Below the pieces are notes generated by a model, which was not told the origin of the DNA, did not search any database, and saw only the letters and a program-made list of their open reading frames with translations. A stretch of 64,000 nucleotides of DNA, taken from Escherichia coli. GTDB taxonomy: Bacteria; Pseudomonadota; Gammaproteobacteria; Enterobacterales; Enterobacteriaceae. The position numbers were made by a program, and so were the translations under genes. The DNA is taken from NCBI RefSeq assembly GCF_003790525.1, contig NZ_CP033635.1; one strand, given 5' to 3'. Shown piece by piece: positions 21,527 through 32,537 of the stretch; positions within the stretch are counted from its first letter, which is position 1, and each line of letters begins with the position of its first letter.

Positions 21527-22696
21527 TTAGCTGTTGGCAACGCAAACTGTTTCAGGTTGTTTTCTGGCTGACATAAACACCAGTAATAATGCCAGTCCCG
21601 CGACAATCGCCCCCATCACCGGCACAAAACTGTATCCCAGCCCAGCGGAAATTACCGCACCACCAGCAGCTGCTCCCAGCGCATTTCCAAGATTAAAGGC
21701 ACCAATATTGACTGATGAAGACAGACCTGGCGCTTCACTGGCGACACGCATCACGCGCATCTGTAACGGCGGTACGACCGCAAAGGTTGCAGCGCCCCAC
21801 ACCACCATGCTAATAGCTGCGCCGAACTCATTGCGGGCCAGGAACGGGATTGCCAGCATAATCACCATCAGCAGCAACAAAAAGCCTTTCAACGTGCCGT
21901 TAACTGAACGATCTGCCAGTTTGCCGCCGAGATAGTTACCGATAGAGAATCCGACACCAATCAGCACCAGCATTGCCGTAACGAACACCGGTGTTGCGTG
22001 GGTAATACTTTGCAGTACCGGAGAGATATAGGTGTAGAGGGTAAACATTGCACCAGCTCCCAGTACCGTCGTCAGCAATGCAGACAGCACCTGCGGACGC
22101 ATTAATACCGCCAGCTCTTTTTTCACTTCAGGTCGCGCCCCTGCGCCACCTTTAGGTAATGAGAAGAACAGACTTACCATTGAAATCACTCCCAGCCCCG
22201 CCGTTGCCAGAAATGACATCCGCCAGCCGATGGTTTCACCCAACCAGGTCGCCGCCGGCACGCCACCGATATTTGCCAGGGTTAACCCCATAAACATAGT
22301 GGCAACTGCGCTGGCCTGTTTATGTTTTGGCACCACGCTTGCGGCCACAACTGAACCCAAACCAAAAAATGCTCCGTGATTCAGGCTGGTCAAAATGCGT
22401 GAAAGCATCAGAGTCATATAATCCGGCGCGATGGCGGAAAGTACGTTGCCGAGCGTGAAAATCGCCATCAGGAAAATCAACGCACTGCGGCGAGCACGAT
22501 GAGAAAGTAGAAGCGTCATCAGCGGCGCGCCAACCATTACGCCAACTGCATAGGCACTGATTAACATTCCGGCAGCGGGAATCGAGACATCCACACCGCG
22601 CGCAATGACGGGCAATAAGCCCATTGGCGAGAACTCCGTTGTCCCGATACCAAACGCGCCAATCGCCAGCGCCAGCAACGGATAGTTAATTTTCAT
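21527..22696 (-). CDS. ydhP: MFS transporter
   Basis: 389 aa 12-TM-like ORF MKINYPLLALAIGAFGIGTTEFSPMGLLPVIA... recognised as YdhP. Confidence 0.9.
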   Translation of the reverse strand: MKINYPLLALAIGAFGIGTTEFSPMGLLPVIARGVDVSIPAAGMLISAYAVGVMVGAPLMTLLLSHRARRSALIFLMAIFTLGNVLSAIAPDYMTLMLSRILTSLNHGAFFGLGSVVAASVVPKHKQASAVATMFMGLTLANIGGVPAATWLGETIGWRMSFLATAGLGVISMVSLFFSLPKGGAGARPEVKKELAVLMRPQVLSALLTTVLGAGAMFTLYTYISPVLQSITHATPVFVTAMLVLIGVGFSIGNYLGGKLADRSVNGTLKGFLLLLMVIMLAIPFLARNEFGAAISMVVWGAATFAVVPPLQMRVMRVASEAPGLSSSVNIGAFNLGNALGAAAGGAVISAGLGYSFVPVMGAIVAGLALLLVFMSARKQPETVCVANS

Positions 22697-22861
22697 GCCT
22701 TATCTCCACCTCTTCGCGTCATTACGCGGTATTCATTAAAGTGGCGAAAGCATGACAGCAATCACAAAAAAATGAAAATAACAAAAAGAGAAAACACTTT
22801 TGCCATTTTGCTAACAAACAGGAAGGAGATGCGAGGGAGAACGCGCTCCCTCGAGAGGAAA

Positions 22862-22951
22862 TCAGTGCAGCGCGGCAGTCAAACCCACGGCCACGATCAA
22901 ACCGAGGACGATAATCGTTGTTACCAGTGAAAATTTAAGGTCGGTGCTCAT
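22862..22951 (-). CDS. ynhF: 29-aa small membrane protein
   Basis: ATG 22951 with AAGGAG RBS 7 nt upstream; translation MSTDLKFSLVTTIIVLGLIVAVGLTAALH, stop TGA 22862..22864; below the ORF-track size cut-off; matches the YnhF I recall; hairpin 22832..22853 follows. Confidence 0.7.
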   Translation of the reverse strand: MSTDLKFSLVTTIIVLGLIVAVGLTAALH

Positions 22952-23189
22952 CAAGTTTTCTCCTTTTTTATTACCACACAAAAAGTGATATTACGCATTT
23001 TTACACACTGTGATGAAAAAATCTCCCGTCATTTATAATGATAAGTGTTTTTACCACTTCCCCTTTTCGTCAAGATCGGCCAAAATTCCACGCTTACACT
23101 ATTTGCGTACTGGCCATTGACCCCTTCCTGACGCTCCGTGTCGTTTTTCCGGCGTACCGCAACACTTTTGTTGTGCGTAAGGTGTGTAA

Positions 23190-23205
23190 AGGCAAACGTT
23201 TACCT
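23190..23205. promoter_or_regulatory. PurR operator O1 (AGGCAAACGTTTACCT)
   Basis: 16-bp match to pur-box core GCAAACGTTT, 45 bp upstream of purR ATG. Confidence 0.6.
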
Positions 23206-23249
23206 TGCGATTTTGCAGGAGCTGAAGTTAGGGTCTGGAGTGAAATGGA

Positions 23250-24275
23250 ATGGCAACAATAAAAGATGTAGCGAAACGAGCAAACGTTTCCACTACAACT
23301 GTGTCACACGTGATCAACAAAACACGTTTCGTCGCTGAAGAAACGCGCAACGCCGTGTGGGCAGCGATTAAAGAATTACACTACTCCCCTAGCGCGGTGG
23401 CGCGTAGCCTGAAGGTTAACCACACCAAGTCTATCGGTTTGCTGGCGACCAGCAGCGAAGCGGCCTATTTTGCCGAGATCATTGAAGCGGTTGAAAAAAA
23501 TTGCTTCCAGAAAGGTTACACCCTGATTCTGGGCAATGCGTGGAACAATCTTGAGAAACAGCGGGCTTATCTGTCGATGATGGCGCAAAAACGCGTCGAT
23601 GGTCTGCTGGTGATGTGTTCTGAGTACCCAGAGCCGTTGCTGGCGATGCTGGAAGAGTATCGCCATATCCCAATGGTGGTGATGGACTGGGGTGAAGCAA
23701 AAGCTGACTTCACCGATGCGGTCATTGATAACGCGTTCGAAGGCGGCTACATGGCCGGGCGTTATCTGATAGAACGCGGTCACCGCGAAATCGGCGTTAT
23801 CCCTGGCCCGCTGGAACGTAACACCGGCGCAGGCCGCCTTGCCGGTTTTATGAAGGCGATGGAAGAAGCGATGATCAAAGTGCCGGAAAGCTGGATTGTA
23901 CAGGGTGACTTTGAACCTGAATCCGGTTATCGCGCCATGCAGCAAATACTGTCGCAACCGCATCGCCCTACTGCCGTCTTCTGTGGTGGCGATATCATGG
24001 CAATGGGCGCACTTTGTGCTGCTGATGAAATGGGTCTGCGCGTGCCGCAGGATGTTTCGCTGATCGGTTATGATAACGTGCGCAACGCCCGCTATTTTAC
24101 GCCAGCGCTGACCACGATCCATCAGCCAAAAGATTCGCTGGGCGAAACGGCGTTCAACATGCTGTTGGATCGTATCGTCAATAAACGCGAAGAACCGCAA
24201 TCCATTGAAGTGCATCCGCGGTTGATTGAACGCCGCTCCGTGGCTGACGGCCCGTTCCGCGACTATCGTCGTTAA
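23250..24275 (+). CDS. purR: purine repressor (LacI family)
   Basis: 341 aa [36 protein letters not shown]... recognised as PurR. Confidence 0.96.
23278..23293. promoter_or_regulatory. PurR operator O2 (GAGCAAACGTTTCCAC) inside purR codons 10-15
   Basis: second pur-box core GCAAACGTTT within the purR coding start, consistent with known purR autoregulation. Confidence 0.6.
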
Positions 24276-25204
24276 TCACCCGTTGCGGGAGTCTCTTCCG
24301 GCTCCCGCAGCCACTCCTTATTCAGCGTCTCACTATCGCCGAGATACTCAAGCAACCAGGTTAACGCAGGCGACATATCATTTTGCTGCCATGTCAGACA
24401 ACATGCCGAATCCGGGAAGGGGTTTTCCAGTTCTAGTGCTACCCACTTCCCCTCATTAAGCCACGGTTTGGCGAAATGTGTTGGCACCATCCCTATGCAT
24501 AATCCTGCCGAGATACAGGTTGCCGATGATTCCCAGTCAGGCACGACAACTCTTTTTTGGTTATCCAGCAACCAGGTAATACGTTTAGGTAGCGTTCGCG
24601 AGGTGTCTTCGCGCACCAATGACGGCCAGTTGCGCAACGTATCATCGCTGAACGGGCCATCCATCAACGCCAGCGGGTGGTGACTGGCAACAACGCAACT
24701 CCAGCTTAGCATCCCCATATCCCGGAAGGCATAACGACCACCTACCGGAATCGCGCGTGTTGCGCCAATCGCCAGTTCCACGCGCCCGTCGGAAAGCGCA
24801 TCCCAGACACCGTTGAACACTTCCTGAAAGACAAGAAGTTCGACATCATCAAAATGGCGATAAAAATCAACGATCATCTGCCGTGTACGTTCTGGCCTGA
24901 CAATATTATCCACTGCGATAGCTAACTGACCGCGCCAGCCGTTCGCTATCTGCTGACATTGCTGCCGGGTGATCTGCATTTTTTTGACAACAGAGCGCCC
25001 TTCTTTGAGAAACCACGCCCCGGCAGCGGTCAGTTCCACATCACGGTGACGTCGTTCAAACAGCGGCACCGCCAGCCACTCTTCCAGCTGACGCACGGTA
25101 TAGCTGACCGCAGAAGGAACGCGATGCAACTCCTGTGCCGCAGCGCTAAAACTACCATTACGCGCTACCGCATCAACAACTTCGAGTGAATATTCTGACC
25201 ACAT
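24272..25204 (-). CDS. punR: LysR-family regulator
   Basis: 310 aa ORF with N-terminal HTH ([42 protein letters not shown]...); recognised as YdhB/PunR; 4-bp stop overlap with purR. Confidence 0.88.
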
Positions 25205-25316
25205 AGTCTGCCTGCAAAATTTTTGAAACCAGTCATCAAATATTACCGTTTCACAACACTAATTTCACTCCCTACACTTTGCGGCGGTGTTTAATTGAGA
25301 GATTTAGAGAATATAC

Positions 25317-26528
25317 ATGCAACCTGGGAAAAGATTTTTAGTCTGGCTGGCAGGTTTGAGCGTACTCGGTTTTCTGGCAACCGATATGTATCTGCCTGCT
25401 TTCGCCGCCATACAGGCCGACCTGCAAACGCCTGCGTCTGCTGTCAGTGCCAGCCTTAGTCTGTTCCTTGCCGGATTTGCCGCAGCCCAGCTTCTGTGGG
25501 GGCCGCTCTCCGACCGTTATGGTCGTAAACCGGTATTATTCATCGGCCTGACAATTTTTGCGTTAGGTAGTCTGGGGATGCTGTGGGTAGAAAACGCCGC
25601 TACGCTGCTGGTATTGCGTTTTGTACAGGCTGTGGGTGTCTGCGCCGCGGCGGTTATCTGGCAAGCGTTAGTGACGGATTATTATCCTTCACAGAAAGTT
25701 AACCGTATTTTTGCGACCATCATGCCGCTGGTGGGTCTATCTCCGGCACTGGCTCCTCTGTTAGGAAGCTGGCTGCTGGTCCATTTTTCCTGGCAGGCGA
25801 TTTTCGCCACCCTGTTTGCCATTACCGTGGTGCTGATTCTGCCTATTTTCTGGCTCAAACCCACGACGAAGGCCCGTAACAATAGTCAGGATGGTCTGAC
25901 CTTTACCGACCTGCTACGTTCTAAAACCTATCGCGGCAACGTGCTGATATATGCGGCCTGTTCAGCCAGTTTTTTTGCATGGCTGACCGGCTCACCGTTC
26001 ATCCTTAGTGAAATGGGTTACAGCCCGGCAGTTATTGGTTTAAGTTATGTCCCGCAAACTATCGCGTTTCTGATTGGTGGTTATGGCTGTCGCGCCGCAC
26101 TGCAGAAATGGCAAGGCAAGCAGTTATTACCGTGGTTGCTGGTACTGTTTGCTGTCAGCGTCATTGCGACCTGGGCTGCGGGCTTCATTAGCCATGTGTC
26201 GCTAGTCGAAATCCTGATCCCATTCTGTGTGATGGCGATTGCCAACGGTGCGATCTACCCGATTGTTGTCGCTCAGGCGCTGCGTCCCTTCCCACATGCA
26301 ACTGGTCGCGCCGCAGCGTTGCAGAACACTCTGCAACTGGGTCTGTGCTTCCTCGCAAGTCTGGTAGTTTCCTGGCTTATCAGTATCAGCACGCCATTGC
26401 TCACCACCACCAGCGTGATGTTATCAACAGTAGTGCTGGTCGCTCTGGGTTACATGATGCAACGTTGTGAAGAAGTTGGCTGCCAGAATCATGGCAATGC
26501 CGAAGTCGCTCATAGCGAATCACACTGA
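25317..26528 (+). CDS. punC: MFS transporter
   Basis: 403 aa 12-TM ORF divergent from punR; recognised as YdhC/PunC. Confidence 0.88.
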   Translation: MQPGKRFLVWLAGLSVLGFLATDMYLPAFAAIQADLQTPASAVSASLSLFLAGFAAAQLLWGPLSDRYGRKPVLFIGLTIFALGSLGMLWVENAATLLVLRFVQAVGVCAAAVIWQALVTDYYPSQKVNRIFATIMPLVGLSPALAPLLGSWLLVHFSWQAIFATLFAITVVLILPIFWLKPTTKARNNSQDGLTFTDLLRSKTYRGNVLIYAACSASFFAWLTGSPFILSEMGYSPAVIGLSYVPQTIAFLIGGYGCRAALQKWQGKQLLPWLLVLFAVSVIATWAAGFISHVSLVEILIPFCVMAIANGAIYPIVVAQALRPFPHATGRAAALQNTLQLGLCFLASLVVSWLISISTPLLTTTSVMLSTVVLVALGYMMQRCEEVGCQNHGNAEVAHSESH

Positions 26529-26818
26529 TCTATATCGATATACTTATACTTAGGCTGCTAACAAAATTTTGTTGTATGATTGAAATTAGCGGCCTATACT
26601 AATTTCGAGTTGTTAAAGCTACGATAAATATTATGTTTTTACGGGGACAGGATCGTTCCCGACTCACTATGGATGGTCATTTCGGCAAGGGTTCCTCCTT
26701 TCCCTCTGTTCTACGTCGGATTATAGACTCGCGGTTTTTTCTGCGAGATTTCTCACAAAGCCCAAAAAGCGTCTACGCTGTTTTAAGGTTCTGATCACCG
26801 ACCAGTGATGGAGAAACT

Positions 26819-27967
26819 ATGAGTTCATCGTGTATAGAAGAAGTCAGTGTACCGGATGACAACTGGTACCGTATCGCCAACGAATTACTTAGCCGTGCCG
26901 GTATAGCCATTAACGGTTCTGCCCCGGCGGATATTCGTGTCAAAAACCCCGATTTTTTTAAACGCGTTCTGCAGGAAGGATCGTTGGGGTTAGGCGAAAG
27001 TTATATGGATGGCTGGTGGGAATGTGACCGACTGGATATGTTTTTTAGCAAAGTCTTACGCGCAGGTCTCGAGAACCAACTCCCCCATCATTTCAAAGAC
27101 ACGCTGCGTATTGCCGGCGCTCGTCTCTTCAATCTGCAGAGTAAAAAACGTGCCTGGATAGTCGGCAAAGAGCATTACGATTTGGGTAATGACTTGTTCA
27201 GCCGCATGCTTGATCCCTTCATGCAATATTCCTGTGCTTACTGGAAAGATGCCGATAATCTGGAATCTGCCCAGCAGGCGAAGCTCAAAATGATTTGTGA
27301 AAAATTGCAGTTAAAACCAGGGATGCGCGTACTGGATATTGGCTGTGGCTGGGGCGGACTGGCGCACTACATGGCGTCTAATTATGACGTAAGCGTGGTC
27401 GGCGTAACCATTTCTGCCGAACAGCAAAAAATGGCTCAGGAACGCTGTGAAGGCCTGGATGTCACCATTTTGCTGCAAGATTATCGTGACCTGAACGACC
27501 AGTTTGACCGTATTGTTTCTGTGGGGATGTTCGAACACGTCGGACCGAAAAATTACGATACCTATTTTGCGGTGGTGGATCGTAATTTGAAACCGGAAGG
27601 TATATTCCTGCTCCATACCATCGGTTCGAAAAAAACCGATCTGAATGTTGATCCCTGGATTAATAAATATATTTTTCCGAACGGTTGCCTGCCCTCTGTA
27701 CGCCAGATTGCTCAGTCCAGCGAACCCCACTTTGTGATGGAAGACTGGCATAACTTCGGTGCTGATTACGATACTACGTTGATGGCGTGGTATGAACGTT
27801 TCCTCGCCGCATGGCCAGAAATTGCGGATAACTACAGTGAACGCTTTAAACGGATGTTTACCTATTATCTGAATGCCTGTGCAGGTGCTTTCCGCGCACG
27901 TGATATTCAGCTCTGGCAGGTGGTGTTCTCTCGCGGAGTCGAAAACGGCCTTCGAGTCGCTCGCTAG
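26819..27967 (+). CDS. cfa: cyclopropane-fatty-acyl-phospholipid synthase
   Basis: 382 aa ORF MSSSCIEEVSVPDDNWYRIANELLSRAG..., SAM-binding VLDIGCGWGG; about 290 bp upstream leader. Confidence 0.95.
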   Translation: MSSSCIEEVSVPDDNWYRIANELLSRAGIAINGSAPADIRVKNPDFFKRVLQEGSLGLGESYMDGWWECDRLDMFFSKVLRAGLENQLPHHFKDTLRIAGARLFNLQSKKRAWIVGKEHYDLGNDLFSRMLDPFMQYSCAYWKDADNLESAQQAKLKMICEKLQLKPGMRVLDIGCGWGGLAHYMASNYDVSVVGVTISAEQQKMAQERCEGLDVTILLQDYRDLNDQFDRIVSVGMFEHVGPKNYDTYFAVVDRNLKPEGIFLLHTIGSKKTDLNVDPWINKYIFPNGCLPSVRQIAQSSEPHFVMEDWHNFGADYDTTLMAWYERFLAAWPEIADNYSERFKRMFTYYLNACAGAFRARDIQLWQVVFSRGVENGLRVAR

Positions 27968-27977
27968 AGGCTATTCT

Positions 27978-28000
27978 ATCGCCCCCGCTCCGGGGGCGAT
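27978..28000. terminator. bidirectional hairpin between convergent cfa and ribC
   Basis: 10-bp GC-rich stem atcgcccccg / cgggggcgat with 3-nt loop. Confidence 0.5.
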
Positions 28001-28006
28001 TTCAGT

Positions 28007-28648
28007 TCAGGCTTCTGTACCTGGTTGATTCATGGCATTTTCTCGTGCCGCCAGCACACGTTCTACCGTATCAACCACTGCCTGAGTTTGTGGATCGATT
28101 TCAATGTTGACGCGTGCGCCAAGTTTTTTCTTCCCAAGAGTCGTGCGTTCCAGTGTTTCCGGAATTAAATGGACGCAAAAACGCGTTGGCGTGACTTCGC
28201 CGACGGTCAGGCTAATACCGTCGATGCCAATAAATCCTTTGTACAGGATATATTTCATCAACTGACTATCCTGGACTTTAAACCAGATCTGACGATTATT
28301 TTCCGAGGTTAATATTTTCGCTACTTCAGCGGTGGTCATAATATGACCTGACATTAAGTGTCCGCCAATTTCATCGCTGAATTTCGCCGCACGCTCAACG
28401 TTTACCCAATCCCCCACTTTTAAATCGCCAAGATTAGTAATGCGTAACGTTTCTTTCATCAGGTCAAAACTGACATGGTTGCCGTTAATTTCCGTCACGG
28501 TCAGGCAGCAACCGTTATGCGCCACGGAAGCACCGGTTTCCAGACCGTCCAGCATGTGGTCGGGTAACTCCACCACATGCGTGCGAAAATTTGGTTTCTC
28601 GTCAATCGACACCAGTTTTGCGGTGCCCTGTACAATCCCCGTAAACAT
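28007..28648 (-). CDS. ribC: riboflavin synthase
   Basis: 213 aa [54 protein letters not shown]... recognised as riboflavin synthase. Confidence 0.95.
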   Translation of the reverse strand: MFTGIVQGTAKLVSIDEKPNFRTHVVELPDHMLDGLETGASVAHNGCCLTVTEINGNHVSFDLMKETLRITNLGDLKVGDWVNVERAAKFSDEIGGHLMSGHIMTTAEVAKILTSENNRQIWFKVQDSQLMKYILYKGFIGIDGISLTVGEVTPTRFCVHLIPETLERTTLGKKKLGARVNIEIDPQTQAVVDTVERVLAARENAMNQPGTEA

Positions 28649-28841
28649 ACTTACAACTCCTGAAATCAGTTAAGACATTCTGTTCAGCACAATAGCAGGT
28701 GGAAAACGCCCTTACCAGTGAAGGGGTAAGAATGGCTATTTTTTCTCTGGAGAATTAATAAATCCTCGCTACAATAGACTGAATTTCCCCTGCTTCTTCT
28801 TTTTGCTGCCCATTCAGGCGGCTTTTTAGTCTCTCATATAA

Positions 28842-30236
<1,395 letters not shown>

Positions 30237-30244
30237 TAAAGACA

Positions 30245-30278
30245 AGGCGCAACCTTCACGGGTTGCGCCTGTGTTTTT
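30245..30278 (+). terminator. intrinsic terminator after mdtK (overlaps ydhQ stop)
   Basis: stem aggcgcaacc / ggttgcgcct, 6-nt loop, then GTGTTTTT. Confidence 0.6.
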
Positions 30279-31533
30279 ACGCAGGCTGGAGCGTTGCGCC
30301 AATCCCGTCTTCGTCTGGCTGTAGTTTCAGTGCGTTACACAGAGTTTGCCGACTGGCATCTGTTATCTCAACGTGTATATCACCAGTAACTTCCCCTTTC
30401 ACATTGATGAAGTCAGGTGAAATTTCTTTCGCACTGGTTTGCAGGCAAATCGCTCCCTCTCCGCGCAGGCGTTTCACTTTAAGTTGCACATGCGTTGCCG
30501 CACCAGTGATTAGCCACAGTTTTCCGCCATTGAGATTGATGTTACCAACACTGAAAGTGACACTGTCACCTTTTATCGTACTGCCGTCGAGAATCAATAC
30601 ACCGCCCTGCTGTACAGTAATCGTTGATTGTTGCAGATCTGCGCCATAGCCAATAATCATTGAAGCGCCGTCCAGTAATGCAACACTACCGGTCAGTTCA
30701 ACCGGTGCGCGATCTTCCTCTACGACAAAATTTTCGTCCGCGCTGGTGGGTGACAACAGGATCACTGTCCCACCTTGTATTACCGCATTTTCCAGCGTAC
30801 CGGCATGCACTTCAGCCCGACCACCCACATTAACGGACAGGTTTTGCGTCTTACCGGAACTGTAGAGCTGAAGACCATCCGTCCCCAGACGATAGATGGC
30901 TCCATTCTCAACAATAGTGTCAGAGTCTTCACCACCGAGATTATTCATGGTGCCACCAGCAAGCAACGTATCATTGGCTTTCCCCGCCAGCATAAAAACG
31001 CCGCCCTGATTAATCTCACAATTGCTGGCTTCCCCACCTGGATACACCAACAATTCACCACCTTCATCTACCACGACCGCTGAGGTTGTCCCATTGACCA
31101 ACAGGCCACCCTCTTGATCGAGAATAATTTTTTCCGCGCGATGGCCTTCCAGTACACGCAGGTTACCGCCATTTTCCAGCAACAAACCGCAGGCATAACC
31201 TTTATCAACGCTGAATTCACCTTCGGGATGGCGGCCATTAACCGTAGCGAGCGTAGAGAGACTAATTGCGCCTCCCTCGGACTGAACAATATCTGTGGCA
31301 ATGGCACCGTCGCTGACCGATAGCGTGCCATTGTTGCCGTACTGTGTGCATTTGGCGATCCCACCGGTTGCCACTTTCAACCAGCCAGCCCCCGTGACCA
31401 CGGTATTTTCGGCTCTTCCGCCAGCCTCAACAATTAACTCGCCTTCAGTAAGTTGCGTCGCGCCAATGACCTCGCCGGTCTTAACAATTTGCACGTTCCC
31501 GTCGCTCATCAAGTTTTTCGCATCAGATCCCAT
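30277..31533 (-). CDS. ydhQ: autotransporter-passenger-like (AIDA/pertactin-type repeat) protein
   Basis: 418 aa ORF rich in G/T/N/V repeats; no N-terminal signal peptide or C-terminal barrel visible; recognised as YdhQ. Confidence 0.88.
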   Translation of the reverse strand: MGSDAKNLMSDGNVQIVKTGEVIGATQLTEGELIVEAGGRAENTVVTGAGWLKVATGGIAKCTQYGNNGTLSVSDGAIATDIVQSEGGAISLSTLATVNGRHPEGEFSVDKGYACGLLLENGGNLRVLEGHRAEKIILDQEGGLLVNGTTSAVVVDEGGELLVYPGGEASNCEINQGGVFMLAGKANDTLLAGGTMNNLGGEDSDTIVENGAIYRLGTDGLQLYSSGKTQNLSVNVGGRAEVHAGTLENAVIQGGTVILLSPTSADENFVVEEDRAPVELTGSVALLDGASMIIGYGADLQQSTITVQQGGVLILDGSTIKGDSVTFSVGNINLNGGKLWLITGAATHVQLKVKRLRGEGAICLQTSAKEISPDFINVKGEVTGDIHVEITDASRQTLCNALKLQPDEDGIGATLQPA

Positions 31534-31840
31534 GATTTATTCCTTTGCTGCATCTGTGTGCCTTTATTGCTACCTAAGTGTAAAGGCTACGAAGGATTTA
31601 TCCACGACAGATTTGAGATGGTGGCAAACAACTCTGTTTAAACTCTGATACACGGATTATTGGGTTGTATCAGATGTAAATGCGATCCTGAATAAAAATC
31701 GCCCTTGCAAATCAACAAAATATAGCCAATTTGCTTAAAAGCTCTGCAAACGGTCGAAATAACGCAGAAAATTACGTTTTGCCTCTTGCCACCTTCCCAC
31801 TCTGCCGCTAATATTCGTCCCCGTTGTCACCTACAACGTT

Positions 31841-31917
31841 GCGTTCATAGCTCAGTTGGTTAGAGCACCACCTTGACATGGTGGGGGTCGTTGGTTCGAG
31901 TCCAATTGAACGCACCA
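31841..31917 (+). tRNA. valV: tRNA-Val (anticodon GAC)
   Basis: 77-nt cloverleaf: GCGTTCATAGCTCAGTTGGTTAGAGC D-arm, anticodon loop CTTGACAT, GGTTCGAGTCC T-arm, encoded CCA. Confidence 0.95.
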
Positions 31918-31921
31918 TCCT

Positions 31922-31998
31922 GCGTCCGTAGCTCAGTTGGTTAGAGCACCACCTTGACATGGTGGGGGTCGGTGGTTCGAGTCCACTCGGACGCACCA
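31922..31998 (+). tRNA. valW: tRNA-Val (anticodon GAC)
   Basis: second 77-nt copy 4 nt after the first (GCGTCCGTAGCTCAGTTGGTTAGAGC...ACGCACCA); weak hairpin plus T-run follows at about 31995..32030. Confidence 0.95.
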
Positions 31999-32106
31999 GA
32001 TTTTCTTAATCTGGTCTTCTCCTTTTTTCCCTCTGTTTCTTCTCTGTATCCAATACGTTAAAAGATTTACACTGTCTTCGTATGCGTTATCAGTAGGAGA
32101 ATCGCT

Positions 32107-32412
32107 ATGGCAACTTTGTTACAACTTCATTTTTCTTTCAATGGCCCATTTGGCGACGCAATGGCTGAGCAGCTTAAACCTCTTGCTGAGTCGATTAATC
32201 AGGAACCTGGTTTTCTGTGGAAGGTATGGACAGAAAGTGAAAAGAACCACGAAGCCGGTGGGATCTACCTTTTTACTGATGAAAAAAGCGCCCTTGCCTA
32301 TCTGGAAAAACATACTGCCCGACTGAAAAATCTCGGCGTTGAGGAAGTTGTCGCCAAAGTTTTCGATGTCAATGAGCCACTGAGTCAAATCAATCAGGCA
32401 AAACTCGCCTGA
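32107..32412 (+). CDS. ydhR: putative monooxygenase, small ABM-like protein
   Basis: 101 aa [32 protein letters not shown]... recognised as YdhR. Confidence 0.88.
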   Translation: MATLLQLHFSFNGPFGDAMAEQLKPLAESINQEPGFLWKVWTESEKNHEAGGIYLFTDEKSALAYLEKHTARLKNLGVEEVVAKVFDVNEPLSQINQAKLA

Positions 32413-32426
32413 CAGAATTTAATCAA

Positions 32427-32446
32427 GGGCGGTTAGCGCCCTTTTC
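32427..32446 (+). terminator. ydhR terminator hairpin
   Basis: stem gggcg / cgccc around gttag loop, followed by TTTTC. Confidence 0.5.
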
Positions 32447-32537
32447 ATCCCTGTCTGAAATTTCTCAAATTCTAAAAATCTCAACCAAACTTATCTGATA
32501 ACACTAAATTCGAAAGAATGCGTACAGGTAAGTAACA

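Noticed and set aside
31808-31996. 62-aa minus-strand ORF (MRPSGLEPPTPTMSRWCSNQLSYG...)
   Set aside because: It lies exactly antisense to the two tRNA-Val genes and its internal repeat simply mirrors the duplicated tRNA sequence; not a real gene.
31534-32106. Tandem tRNA-Val genes next to an adhesin-like gene as a possible genomic-island insertion site
   Set aside because: No integrase, direct-repeat tRNA 3-prime-end duplication, or foreign gene block; both sides are core genes in K-12 order.
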